DNA of 64,000 nucleotides, taken from Trichoplax adhaerens (Eukaryota > Animalia > Placozoa). Every line of letters begins with the position of its first letter. Positions within the stretch are counted from its first letter, which is position 1. This document shows, one piece after another, positions 12,036-26,395 of this stretch. Location of the stretch: positions 4,445,220-4,509,219 of the forward strand of contig NW_002060947.1 in assembly GCF_000150275.1 (NCBI RefSeq), read 5' to 3'. Below the pieces are notes generated by a model. That model ran no database searches and had not been told where the DNA came from. It saw only the letters and a program-made list of their open reading frames with translations. Position numbers and translations under genes: made by a program.

Positions 12036-15000
12036 TTAAGATTGTTTATTTCCTCCTCCCGTGCAAGACGAACATCGATGTTTTTTGCCATTTTCAGATT
12101 CTTCTAGTTGTACACTAATAGTATCAAGGCCGGATTTGGAATTACCATACCGATCTTTTTTGGCTGGCATTAAGGGTCGTTGATATTTCAATTTATGGGC
12201 CAATGTAAGGAAAATGGCGCGAATGGTGTCTTGTTCTTTATCATCTTTAGCTGAAGTTTCCCATAATGGCATATTATGAGCGTCGGCAAATTTTCTGGCC
12301 ATATTAGAACTTACTACCTTTTTACTTTTACAATCACATTTATTGCCAACTAATATACGTGGTATATTGTTAGTAGTGCTGTAGCGATCGAATTCTTCTA
12401 ACCATATTGCTAGAGCATCAAAGGAGGCTAATTTGGTTACATCGTAGCAAAATATTACGGCTTGAACGTTACGATAATAGTGTTGGACCATACTCTTTCG
12501 AAATCGTTCTTGCCCTGCAGTATCCCATACTTGCAACTAATAAGAAGGAAAATGATAACAGTTAAGAACTACAAGTGGTTGTTCTCAATAATAAGCTAGC
12601 TATCTAACAATAACAAAGGTTAATTATTTTGCTATAAAGAAGAGATATGAAACGAAATCAGTGAATCTTTACGTTAAAAGGAAAACGTAAACATTCTAAG
12701 TATATTTAAATTAGCAGAGCATTATAGCTTATCGATTGCTATAACTGAAATTTCCATCTTTTAATTATTCTGATCTTAATGAAGCGGAACATTATGATCT
12801 GGCTTGAGGTAAAAAATATTGGCGTTTTTAATTACTGAAGGCATGATTTATATTTGTAGCTCAGTAAATACAGGAGTATTGATATGACTATATACGATAT
12901 CCTAAGTATGGACTTGGAGTGATCAATTAGCTGAGTCAAATTATCCATATTATGGTATTATAAAGATTCAATTTTTTCTGTTTTTTTTCCATTGCTGTAT
13001 TTGATGTACACTACTTACTTAGTGTTACAAAATCCTCAGTGATCGACAGATATTTTAAAAAGCAATATTTTGGATAAAGGCAATTATAATGGAAGGGCAA
13101 TAATTCCTTCAAATCCATGTAGAAATAATCATGATTAATGTCTTATTAAAAATGATGGCGATGATTAGCTCAATAATGACAATCGTTGCTGTATTTGAAC
13201 GACAGCAAAAGCCATTCTATGTTGTATTTGTTAGTTCAGATATTCTAGCCTATTCTTTAATTAGATACTATATCTTAATGTGGACATTGGGTTACAATAA
13301 AACAATATTAGATTATTTTATTTACTTAGGTCGAAAGGTTCAAGAAAAATAGAGAATCTGCCATATGGTCAGTTTAGAGTTCAGGTTATAGATCATTTTA
13401 CTTTGCTTACTTTTGGCTTATACAACGTTGGTATTAGAATAAAGCGAATAAAATAGAATTAAAAATGAATAATACCGCTTATGCTTTGAAAAGAAAAAAA
13501 ATTATTCATTTGATCGTATTATTTCTTTTGACGGACAGCGGCTGATTATTTACTTTGGTGCTATTTGGATCCTCTTTAGCGTAGATGAAAAGCTACCATA
13601 TAAAATTTGAATAGTCTTCGTTTATAATTTAATATATTATTAGAGTATCAAGATGAATCAATATATAATCACGGTGATTAAAAATTTGTTGAAATATTTG
13701 AAATTAAATACTAATCTTCTTTGGCTAGGGCTATTTAGAAACTACTGCAAAAGATATCATGACGTATATTATTATTAAGCCGGTATCGATTTAATCAGTA
13801 ATGATATCCACATAATTCTATCGCATCGCTGTATACGTAGTGGATATAACTACAAAGTAATGATACTCTACCGCAATACTATGCAGTAACATTAAATTAT
13901 AGTATTAACTCTAGTAAGATACGTTTTGGGATTTTTCGACAAATAAGTAATACCATAGTGTAGTGCCAATTGGTTGACAGGGTAAAAGTGTAACGAATTC
14001 GATATTTCATCTCGATGCGACGTGCTTGTAAACGATTCTACTAGCCGTAAGAATTCAATTATTGTATAAGTAATATTCAGATTAGGAACTCTCTAAGATT
14101 GAGGTTAGAACAATTTTGAATTTTTTTCTAGATAGCCACTCATTTACCATTGAATTGGATATCATTTAGAAGCAGTATGATAATTATCACATTGCTTTGA
14201 GTGGCTTTCAAATGATTAAACTATCTATTCAATCAATATACGTGTATAAGTAAGATCCAGATTGAGAACTATCGAAAGCTGAGATTGATACAATTCTGGA
14301 TATATATTTTATGAAGTCAATGAATAAGTATTAACCAGCACATTGACTACCGTATTGCCTTGAACAAGTAAGGTAACAACATGAAATAGCCAAAGAGTGT
14401 GTGTCAGACTAATATCATAAAAAATAGAAATAAAAATATTTTAGAATTTTTGCTATAATTAGCTACGAAAGACGGATTCAGAATAGTGATAAATTGATGG
14501 CATTGAAGGCTAAATATTTAAAAGTCAATCCGTAAACATTGATCCGCAGAAAAGATTACTTAAAATAGGAAAATCAATGCTTGCAAATATCGTCGCGTGA
14601 TATTTTTTTTGTTTAGGATAAGCTGGAAATATTACAATTGATATCTATGAGAAATTTTCTAATTTAAGACTATTGTTACTGTATAGGACGGATAGCTGAG
14701 GGTTAGTAATTTTCTTTTAATCAGTAGACGTTTTAGGACTGAATGTGTATATGATTGATTATTAATCAGTGACTGTGAGTTACAATGGTAGAATCTGTTA
14801 TGGGCATTACTTAGAGATTAATAAATTTAATGATCTAGTAAAAAGCATTTAAAAAATATGAGCAATTCTAGTTCTCAGCTTAATCGTAGATAGGGTTACA
14901 GCCTTGGTAAATAAAATTGAATATATGATCTCATGCGTGAAGAAGTAAGAGATTTAGCTTAGCTCAATTCACGAGCAAAATATGAGTTATAATCATGGAT

Positions 15001-16228
15001 ACAGAATAAATAAAATTTCAAAATTGCTGTATTTCTAATACTAGGAATAAATAAAGCAGTATAGTACGTTGAATTTTCAAATTTATCAATTGCTAACATA
15101 AAGCCGAACTGAAAAGAAATGATGAATTTGTTATTTATGATAGATTATTGCTAATGTGATTGCAATAGAATGGGTCTACTGTATATTTACCGTCTATAAT
15201 AATGAATTTTCAAATTAATGGTGTAACTCTGAAAGCAAATTGAATTTAAAGCAAAACTAATCGTGATAGATATAAGATAAGCTCATACTTGTTAGAAAAT
15301 TAGAAGTATTGGGTAAGGACTGGAAGCAAGCATAGAGCTAGAGTCCGAAGTTTTTACTCCTAAATACTTTTAAGTCCGGTGAAATAAAAAAATTGAAAGA
15401 TAAAAGTATAAAAAAATGACTCTATCAAATAGTATTTAAATCTCATAACGGCTTCAATTATGTGTAGTTTAGTCTTTTAATGTAACTTAGTAGGAATGCT
15501 ACCATATTAGTATCAAAGTTATTTAGTTTTTCAATGTATTCATTTTAAGGTTAAGTTGAGCAGTTGATTTATCGATAATAGCCGCTCTTATATCGCTTGA
15601 TAAAATTGAACGATAATTGATCCATGGCGTAATTGAAGCATAGGTGCTTTTTAAATCGAAATCTGTAGATCTTGGAAAAGGACTTATATATTACTTTGCT
15701 AAATGAGAAGTTAGGCTGATAAGAATCATTCAACACTAGGTAGATTTCTTGAATGCGAGTTAATCTCAATCAAGAATAATATGAGTTTTAGTTAACGCAA
15801 CCAAAGAAATTGATACATGACCAGATTTTTAATTGTGATAAGAAATGATAGCGTAAATATATAATCATATTATTATGTCTGAAATATGTTACAGTTACTA
15901 TACAAATGAAAGATGCAATCATGCCATTATTGAAGATCGAATGTTGCTGTTTCTGACAGCTTTAGCGTGAAAAAAAATTAAACGCCTTTACCTTGATTAT
16001 TTCACCTTCTAACTCCATCGATTTTTCTTGAAAATCGACACCAATTGTTGCTGCAGTTTTATGCAGAAATTGTCCGCTACAAAATCGCCATGCTAAACAG
16101 GTTTTGCCAACATTTGAATCTCCAACTATTATAATTTTATAGGTACATGCTGTATGAAGAGGTGGTACAGTGTCTTGTTGGTCATTATCGCTACCGTCCC
16201 AATCCTCTACTTTATCTTCTTCCTCCAT
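12036..16228 (-). CDS. RAB33: Rab33 small GTPase; exons 16228-15992 and 12536-12036
   Basis: [43 protein letters not shown] (Rab33 signature), GNKCD, ETSAK; phase-0 GT-AG intron 15991-12537. Confidence 0.93.
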
Positions 16229-17738
16229 ATGGGTTACTTTAAATTACTATGAAAGACCTTCTCTATTCTACAAACTTTTAATTTTTTTGTGTGTAGTCCT
16301 AGTTAAAATAGATGAAATAAGAAAGTTATAAACATTGCTATTTTAGACTGTTTCTTTTCAATCTTTCTCTTCTGCTTTTATCGTAGCCGTAAATTAAAAC
16401 AGAACAATAATAAAATACTATTTAACTCTCAACATCGTGCTATAACAATAGTAATCATTAGAGGCCATTGAATCAACGATTCCTATGCATATTAATACTT
16501 GGATCTACTTTTAGCAAGTGTTGAAAGAAAGATTACATAATTATTAATAATACACAAAGATTAAATTATAATTTTAGATCATTCACATAGAGGAATAATT
16601 GAAATCTACTTAGAGCCTATTGAATTTTTTTCTTGTTTAGCCATCAATAGAATAGCCTACAAATACTTGTACACAGTCATTTAGATTAAAGTCGCGTTGA
16701 CTACTTTAAATATTATATAATTACGGGCAACTAAGTAATAACATTTTGCGTTCAAGAGAAATCTAAATCGATAGTATGTTGGTCATGGAGATGGTAGCTT
16801 ATGATTGATAACGGTTACCTATTCTGTTGTCCTACATCGATACAAATACCAGGTGGAATACTGTACGCTATTGTCAAAATTTGCAATAAGCATTGGGATA
16901 TTTGAGTAATTTTATAGAACTAATACTGCCGTTAAAAATGGAAAAGAATTCCAAAGGTGTAATATTCTATTTAGTAGATAGTTGATCTTTTCATGTTCTC
17001 ATGTCCTGAAATCAGTTTACATAAAGCACAAGAAAAAAAATATTACCGATTTTAAGGGACGCCAAGATCGCTTGGCTTGTTAATGCAATGGATACAAAAT
17101 GGATCAATAAAAATGGAAGGATAGATGGACTGCTTTGTCTGTATTTATAACATGGCTTAAAATAGAAATGGATTCATAAGAGTATTGGAGTCAGCGCGGA
17201 TTGGTGTCCATTCAAGGTGGTGTTGATGTAGATGAATACATGAATTAATTACAACTAATTAGTTAATACCAATCGATTGATTGATTATATCATTACTAAC
17301 GGTATACAGCATCGGCTGCATGGCGACGGAGTGGCTGCTATTCTGTAGCCTACTTCTACTATTTAAACACATCTTGAACGACAATATTGACATCGGTAGT
17401 CAATAACTTGCACCACTATTGTAATGTTGTATGGCCAAATGGATATAAAATTGAATCGTGTGTTTAGGATATAGCTGTACATGCTTATTTTTGAATCAGA
17501 ATGGAGTCTTGCTACACGTGTTTTGTTGGGATTTGTCTAGCCAAAATAGGGAAAATTTTTCTTCTCATTTCACTAGTTGAACTTGTTGGTTGCTTTATCA
17601 ATCATTCATCATGGCGTATCTGCTTCTACTGTACTGTATAGTGTCTTGAGTGTACAATTTGTCTATCGAATTGCGATACTGTATCTAATTGATGCTGTTG
17701 TCTTTGTGATCTATCGGTTGATCTATCATTAGGAATGA

Positions 17739-18060
17739 TTTTCAACAATATTATAACGTTTACTATGTTATTGTATGAACAAAGGATACAGAGTTACGAA
17801 ATAATGTGAATAAAAACAGGAGCATGGATTACTCCATTCTGCTCCAGTCATGACTGGACTACGCGGATATTTTTTTTAAAACACTAAAAAATTGAGATAG
17901 TTTTCAATAATATTATAACGTGGACTATGATATTGTATGGATAAAGGATACACAGTTGGCAAACAATATGAATAAACCACTGGAGCATACATTACTCCAT
18001 TTTGCAGAAGTCATCATGACTATGCGGATATTTTTTATACACTCAAAAGTTGAACTTTAG
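17739..18060. repeat. Tandem duplication, period 162 bp
   Basis: ttttcaa.aatattataacgt..actatg.tattgtatg...aaaggataca at 17739 and 17901. Confidence 0.88.
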
Positions 18061-19719
18061 TTCCTTCTACTTGTGTACATGTCATGTCATGTCCTGTTGA
18101 AGAATATGAAAATTGATATTATCCTTTGATTAACTTAATTAAAGTCATCCATTGATCATTAGGTATTGACTAGATTCATACTGTACTGTACTTTACTGTC
18201 TGCAATTGGGATAGCTACTGCCTAGTCGGATTGTTTTATACGGACGTTGTACTTTCTACAACAGGAATGAAATTGGTAGGGAATAATCCCTACAACCGAT
18301 GATAGCACTTTCAAGGGTACAGTATATCGAGTTGCAATACGGTTTACATTTGGCATGGCCGTTAAAGGAAATTCATCCATAAAACTATAATTTAATTCCC
18401 TCTATACATACGCGTACAGTATATTGGCTCTATAACATGTTTACTAAAAAAATTGACGTTTCTGTTTCATTCTCTTTTCCAGTAATTTTTTGTTGCTAAA
18501 AACCGTAGGTGCTTAAACGTTCGTTGATGATATTGCATCATGATGGAATGGGAATAAGAATACTGCAAAAATTCATAGTTTTACTAACGGAGAATTTTTG
18601 TTTCTTTTATTTAGAAAGACAGTATCAAACTATAGTATATGGCTGCATTTCATTGCGTATTCAATTGGATCAGAGATGTTAGCATAACTTGACGCCATTA
18701 CTACCCATGATTACGTCATTTGCACAATGACGTAGTAGTGGCAGGAAAGGGCGGAGAGGAATGGTTGTGTAATAACTCTGCATAAGAAATATTTCTAGCC
18801 TAATAGAGCGTCAATATTTTGCGATTTCATTTCTGTATTTGTTTATGCATTCCTTTTTATATTATAAATGGCTTTCAGCAGTAGATATTTCGTTCCCTGT
18901 ATCTGTATGCGTTACGATGAGTTCTAGCCCAGTGCAATATATATTAGTGTCCCAACGTGAACAGGTATTGCCACTTTATCTTCTTGTTTGTTGCTAACAG
19001 AAGAAGAGCGAAAGGGTCATAGCTTTAGCAAGCTAATAGTAACAGCTGTATTGAAGACTCGGAGCAATTTGGTAAAACGCTTGACTAGCATAAGAGACAG
19101 GGACACTTGGGATCAACGAATAACAGTAGAACAGCGTACAGTATGTCTACGCATAGACGCTGGCTCCTTCTACTCCTACTCACATTACTAATTGCAAAGG
19201 ACGTCATTTAACGACAGCTTTTAAGACATGTGTCCTCTCTAATGATAACGCAACATACTGTACACATATTGATTCGTTTTGAGCAAATTAATAAGCGTTG
19301 TAGTATCCACAACGATCATGTAGAATTAGAAATGCAATTATACATGAACGCGTGCAGTTATCATAGTCTTATACGTGTCCAACAATCGTAGTAATTGATG
19401 AATATCAACAAGCTTATACTCATTATAATGATTATAATTAATAAGACATTGACAACTATGTAAATTCCTCTCTTACAATCACGTCCATAGCATGACAGAC
19501 GGTAATCAACTATATGCTACAATACCACCATAACCAAGCAAGAAATAAAGCAAAGAAGGCTTGATTAGACGAGTAAAGCAAGAATGGCTGAAAGCGTAAT
19601 AACATAGCTAGCAAGAAGAAGCAAACTTAAGCGTCCTAGCTGCCATCTACGGCAATCGCCGCCATTGATATAGGCTTTCGTTTTGTGCAGGTTGAGACCA
19701 AAGCTTGGATGCATTTTGG

Positions 19720-19835
19720 TCGTACTGTAGACTGCTGATACTTGTACAGTTGTTCTACAGTACAGTACAGTACTGTACAGTACAGTATAATCGGTTCTAC
19801 TGTACACTGTACTGTACTGAACAGATTACAGTATA
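19720..19835. promoter_or_regulatory. TACAG/CTGTA-rich box between divergent Rab33 and DDX11
   Basis: tacagtacagtacagtactgtacagtacagta...tactgtacactgtactgtactg, ~290 bp before ATG 20117. Confidence 0.6.
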
Positions 19836-20116
19836 AGGTAGAGTCTGTCCGTCTATCCCAACCAACAGCCCAACACGATACGATAGGGTATCGGCTACAG
19901 CTCAGAAAAACTCTGCAATTCTGATATTCAGCCTTTGCCTGCATTAAGGATAGGATTATTACTGTGACAAATACAACGATATATCCAACGATATCGACGA
20001 TCACTATAATGTGCAATTCCTTTTCGATGTTGATGATGGCTATCGTAGAATACCGTTGTTAGGGTATCGTAGGGTAGTAGTGTCATTGGGGGCTATCGCA
20101 ACAGCAATTCTACAGC

Positions 20117-23100
20117 ATGGATATCCATCATGATGAGCTCAATCAATCCAGCCAATGGCCAGACTTTGATTTCCCATTCCAACCCTATGATATACAAGTG
20201 CAATTTATGAGAACTTTATACACTGTATTGCAAGATAGAAAGATTGGCATTTTTGAAAGTCCAACTGGAACTGTAAGTTTTGCTTGATTTACAGGTCGAA
20301 ATGGGCTATAAATGATATAGTCCATCAGTACAAAGTTTGAATAGTTTGCTTTATGCCGGCTTGTAAACTAACGATGCATAGTCTGTTGTTAAGTTTCTTG
20401 ATTTGGAATACAGTTTTATACTAGAACCTGTACTAACTCTGATGCATGGGTGCTATTAGGATAAAATACTTTACAAAGTATGCTAATACGTAGCTGAAAA
20501 ATACTGTAGATCAATTTTAACAACCATTTCTTTTATAAATATACGTTTTACCTACATTGTACGTGTAATAGATAGTAGTATGCTTATCGTAATAATGGTG
20601 TTGTTGATGCTGCATTTCATAAAAGGGGAAATCATTGAGTTTAATCTGTGGCGCTATAACTTGGTTAAATGATTTTAATCGAAACATCGAAGGCAGGATT
20701 GAATCAAGGTACTGTAGTAGGATAAAGCAATTGTAAACATGTTTTCTTGCTATTGATAATGTCCCTTTTACATGTGTTATGCTCTATAAACTGCAGCAAT
20801 GATGCCATTGAGTGTAATCGCTATGGTCATTTATTGCAGTTATTGCTTACAATCAACACTCGTACATACATCACTATAATGATTACGTGACGAGCACTTG
20901 TTCGCATTATTATAACTATCATGTGAGCTTATAAGTTGGCATTGATAACAGTGCTTGAGTTATTGTAATGATTAAACTCACAGAGGAAACAAGTGCAAGA
21001 GTTCGAATGCGATGTAAATGTGACCACTACCTCAGATTAATTACAATTCTTTGTCGATCACTTCATATATTTTCACTTATTGTACCCTTATAGGCTAGAA
21101 AAGCAACAGGTTACAGCGATATCACAGGACAAGGATGGTAAGGCGCTACACCTACAAGTATATAATGTGCTGGAACTTTTCAAGTTGTTTGATAAGAAGA
21201 TTACATGAATAAGGTGTTATTCAATAGGGCGCTGATTCAATAGTAAAACTCGATATACAATTGTCTGTAATTTTAGAGCTCAGTTGGATAACGGAATATG
21301 ATCAACAGAAAGCTGATAGGGAACGATTGCAAATAGTTCAGGTAATAGCACCTCTTAATAAATTAGTACTCGGTCTATGACTATGCAATTGCCAAAATGG
21401 TCCTTAGTATAAACTTTCTATTAAGTAAGCGATCTTGAATATAGAGTTTGACTCGTAAGCCATAATGAAATATTGTTATTGTTTCGCTTTTGTAAATGTA
21501 TTAATTACTGATGCATGTATGTTAAATTGATATACTAGAGTATGAAACAAAAATTATTAGATAGACAATCTCGTTTGAAGAATATTAAGAAAAATTTTTC
21601 AACAGTTAAAACGAAGGTATGGAACGATGTCATTGTGATGCAGTTTATACACTAAAGATTGTGACTAAATGAATTACTATAAAACATTTAAGAATCTTAA
21701 ATCTTAGTTTATGTACACATATGCGTATTACAGGCTGACCAACGAAGTACGATTGAATATGAAGATAAATCTAATAGTGGCTCTACAGAAGACTTGGACG
21801 ACGAAGATTTATTAATTTATGATTACCATACTGATGAGGAGGAAGAAACAAAACTAGATAATGGGTAAAAATCATTAACTATAACTTTGGATGATGCAGT
21901 GATAATTGTAATTTATTAAAAGCGTATATAAATAAATAAATTTTTTTTACGGACGTGCATTGTTGCATACCACAAATCATACACGGTAGCGCTTCTGAGG
22001 AAGAAGAAGATGGAAAGATTGCCGATGACGATCCTGAAATTACAAAAATTTACTACTGCAGTCGTACTCATTCACAGCTAGCTCAATTTATTGGTGAAGT
22101 AAAAAAATGCAATTTTGCAGATAGTATTCGCCTTGTTGTTCTTGGATCTCGACAAAATTTGTGTATTAATCCTTCAGTTGTTAAGCTAAAATCTGTGAAT
22201 AAAATTAATGATAAATGCCTTGAAATGCAAAAACGAAAGAAGGAAGAAAAAGGTTAGTATTTTCGTATCTTGCTCTAATATTTTAGCATATATAAATTTC
22301 AAGTAATAGATGCTGATTTCAAATTAATTACAATAGTAACTGTGGCTCATAAAGATAGCAATAAAAAAAGAAAAATTTCAAAATTATCTGGATGTCCTTA
22401 CTTAAATATAGCCAGTCGGAACGATCTGCGCGATTATATTTTGGTTTGTAAAATAAATAGATTTCGGTACTTTTAATTTCAAGATATTCATGAACTTAGC
22501 GTTCATAGTTTAAATAAAATTTACGATTCTTTCAAGGCTGATATTCACGATATTGAAGAGGTGGTTCATTTTGGTACATCTTTAAAAGCATGCCCTTATT
22601 ACGGAGCAAGAGCAGCATTATCGCAAGCTGATATTGTTGTAACGCCATACAACACATTACTTAGTAAATCGACTCGTGATGCTTGCGGCATTAAGCTAGC
22701 CGGTAATGTTGTGATCGTTGACGAAGCGCACAATCTATTAGAGACCATTGGCAACATAAACAGCGTTGAGTTATCTCATCGGCAGGTGATTTATTGCCAT
22801 ACAACCTATTGAATCAATGATTCTGTTTATCTTGCATACGTTGCTGAAACAGCCTTCACATTGCAATCATGTAATCTGTTCATATTTGTAAATATAATAT
22901 TTTATATCTTTGATACAGTTAACAGAAGCTATGCACCTGCTACAATGTTATCAAGATCGCTATAAGAAAAGACTAAGTGCAAGAAATTTGGTATTTATTA
23001 AGCAGCTGATATACCTATTGAAATGTATCGTTGGTATATTTACTAATACGAATAATAAAACTTCACCCGAGAAAGGTATTTTTAACCTAGCTATCGGTCT

Positions 23101-25464
23101 TCTACTTATATACTAATCATATTAACAAATATATACTTTACGTTATGTTCTGTTCTAGAGACGAGTGTCTACCGAAGCAATGACTTCTTACTCTCACTTA
23201 ACGTTGATAATTTGAACTTATTTAAGGTTAGGTTGAATAACTGTCTTACCGTTTAGCATATGTTAAATATTGACATAACCGCGATACTTTCATTACATTT
23301 TAATTAGATTTTAAGATACTGCAAGCGCACTTCAATTTCCAAAAAGGTTTATTCTGGATATTTATTATTATATGCTTGGAATGATCTTCAAATTTTAATA
23401 GTAACAAAAATTTTTAGCTTAATGGATTTATGGAGAGATACAAATCAACAGTACAAGTATCGACTAGGTCGGAAAGTACAGAGCATGGCGAAAATGATAG
23501 CATCTATGATAGTTATATGGCTGCATTTCAAAACATAGAAAATTTCTTAGAGCTCTTGACAAATCCTAATCAAGATGGCAGAGTTGTAGTCAATCATCAA
23601 GGTAAGAATTAGTGATTAATAATGGTTGCGTATGCAGTTCTAACGTAAGTGAGCCTACTTATATTTGTTCATTTGCTGCAGCAATGCAAAGTCAGTCGAC
23701 TGTGAAATACCTGCTTTTAAATCCAGCAAGTTACTTTGCTGAGATAATTAATGACTGTAGGGCAGTCATTATCGCTGGTGGTACTATGCAACCGGTACGT
23801 GGCGGTCAGCAAAGATTATTCAGCATTTGTTAAAAAAATTATCATTACCAGATAAAGTTCTTTGTATCTGTTAAATATCAATGAATATTTGACCTAGAAC
23901 GTGGTTAGATATCCACTCTTATACAGGATTAAATTTAATATTGAATAATGTTATTATTCCTGTGGTTAGGTAAATGATTTAAGACATCGATTGTTCTTTG
24001 CTTGTGGGGTTGAGTCTAGCAGAATAACCGAATTTACATGCGGTGAGTATTAATTGAGTTTGTAAAATAAGAGAATAATTTTATGCGAATATGCATATGA
24101 CTATTTTAATAGGGCATGTTATTGCACCGGACCGAATATTACCTTTCTCGTTGTCTAAAGGGCCTTCAGGCTTAGAGTTGGATTTCTCATTTCAGTCAAG
24201 AGAGCTTAACACAATGGTAATACTAGTAGGCACTTTTATAACTGAATTGTGTATGATAATAAACTGAAATATATTTAACGATTCGATTTTTAGATTGACG
24301 AATTTGGAAGAATTTTACTTAATTTTGTGAATGTTATACCTGGCGGTATGGTATGTTTCTTTGCCTCTTATGATTACGAAACGATTGTTTATACCCGATT
24401 AGAGAAAACTGGAATACTAGAAAAAATTGGGAGAAAGAAAAAAGTTTATAGAGAGCCTCGAAAATCAGCTAAAGTCGAACAAGTATTATCTGATTATGCT
24501 CGATGCATTCAGGTTAGATATTGAATTCTATTGTTGTTTGTTATCCTTGCGAGCAGTTATTGGATTAACCTATTTACTGCCTGTAGTTAAGCGACAAAAA
24601 ATTGGGAAGTACTAGCTTGAATGGAGCCGTACTATTTAGTGTTGTTGGAGGCAAAATGAGCGAGGGAATAAATTTTTCCGATGGTTTAGGAAGGCTAGTT
24701 AAGCTGATGAAGCGCAGTTCTTGCCTGATAACTATAGATTAGAAATGTTATTAAATAGTGTATATTAATTATTATTATTAATACGACACAACTCTTTCTT
24801 AGGTGCGTTATCATGGTTGGCTTGCCATATCCCAATAGCAAGTCTCCAGAACTGATTGAAAAAATGGAGTATTTAGATTCTTTATCGAGTGTATGTTGCC
24901 TATAGTAAAGCAATATATGAAATCAAACCGTTAAAATTCCACTGTATGATTTTCATTTAACTCGTAGGTCTCTTCACCCGATTCATCGAAGACCCTTGGG
25001 CAGATGTATTACGAAAATATCTGTTTAAAAGCGGTGAACCAATCTATTGGTAACTTAACTATTGTTATCATTTTTCCTGCTTTTCTGGTATTTAGTATAA
25101 GATATTGCTGTATGCTGTAATTATAGAAGATGTTATTATTATATTATATCCTAAATGTTGAGGGCGTGCAATTCGACACATCAATGATTATGCAGCTATC
25201 GTTCTGCTCGATTATCGTTATAAACGATCGAGTATCCGGTCTGGACTAGCATCATGGATAAATGAGCGTTTGATTGAATACGACCGTTTCGGTGCAGCTT
25301 TCGCGTCTACTCGTAAGGTATTATTCTCTTTAGTAAATTGTATTCCTCCTGCTGTGCACTTCTGCAGGGTAAACGTAGTTATAGCTCTAGTTGAATAAGC
25401 TAACTGTAAAATTCTGAACATGAGATTCGATTAGTTTTTTGCAGATAGACAATCAAGTTCTTGA
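20117..25464 (+). CDS. DDX11: DDX11/ChlR1 Fe-S DEAH DNA helicase, over 20 short exons
   Basis: [22 protein letters not shown]|[48 protein letters not shown] (Fe-S cysteines), [70 protein letters not shown]; ATG 20117, terminal exon 25435-25464. Confidence 0.95.
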
Positions 25465-25934
25465 ATTTGCTGCGGATTAATCATCTTTGGTCCATTCTCT
25501 GTGATTAAGTTTTTTTACAGTGGTTTAAAATTATGCTTATTTAAGTCAATTCTAAGTTTAATATCTAATTGCGATATTTGATTTGGAAAGAACGCTTGTT
25601 TCGCTTTTGCTATTTCAGGATGTTTAATATATTGTTTCGATTAGTGTCTTTAATGAATTTAATTCAATGACACGTAACGATAGTTACGTAAAGTAGTTCA
25701 TTTAGGGAACAATTTCTGTTTAATTAAGAATTTGAAATGGTTTTTTTCTTCTGAATAAAATATTTTGTCCTTGTGACAAACTTTTATAACTGGTAAGTGA
25801 TACAAAATCTAATTTTTAAGATGACACTATCACTTCAAAGCCGAGATACGAATATTATGAGTAGGAGGAAATAATGTCCACTAGTCATCATAACTATAAG
25901 TTGATTCTTATGTTATATAAGGCTTACGAATGCG

Positions 25935-26395
25935 TGTTTGTTGTTCTAGTTGGTGTTTTTTTTTAAGGTAGTTTATAGGTAATTACAGTGACTGAATTTC
26001 TTGCCAGCTATTCCTAGTCAGTATTCCGTTACTGCGTAATATGACAGTTGTATCTACAGAACAACTTAGAAATTCGGGCATTATGCAAATCCTTACAAAA
26101 GTATGCCTGTTGTGCTAGCTAGTGTTTTTTCAAGGTAGATTGTAGGTAATTACAGTCACTGAATTTCTTGCTAGCTATTCCTAGTTAGCATTCCGTTGCC
26201 ATGTAATGTGATCGTTCTACTACAAAATAGCATATAAATTTAGGTATTAAAAAAGTCTTTATAAATGGGTATACATATTGTACTAGCTAGTGTTTTTCAG
26301 ATAGATTGTAGGTAGTTACAATCACCTAATTTCTTGCCAGCTATCCCTAGTATGATAGTTATTTCTACAATACAGCAACTGAATTTGGGCATTCT
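25935..26395. repeat. Tandem repeat, ~3 diverged copies, period 166-167 bp
   Basis: taggta.ttaca...ac..aatttcttgc.agctat.cctag at 25976, 26143 and 26309. Confidence 0.88.
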
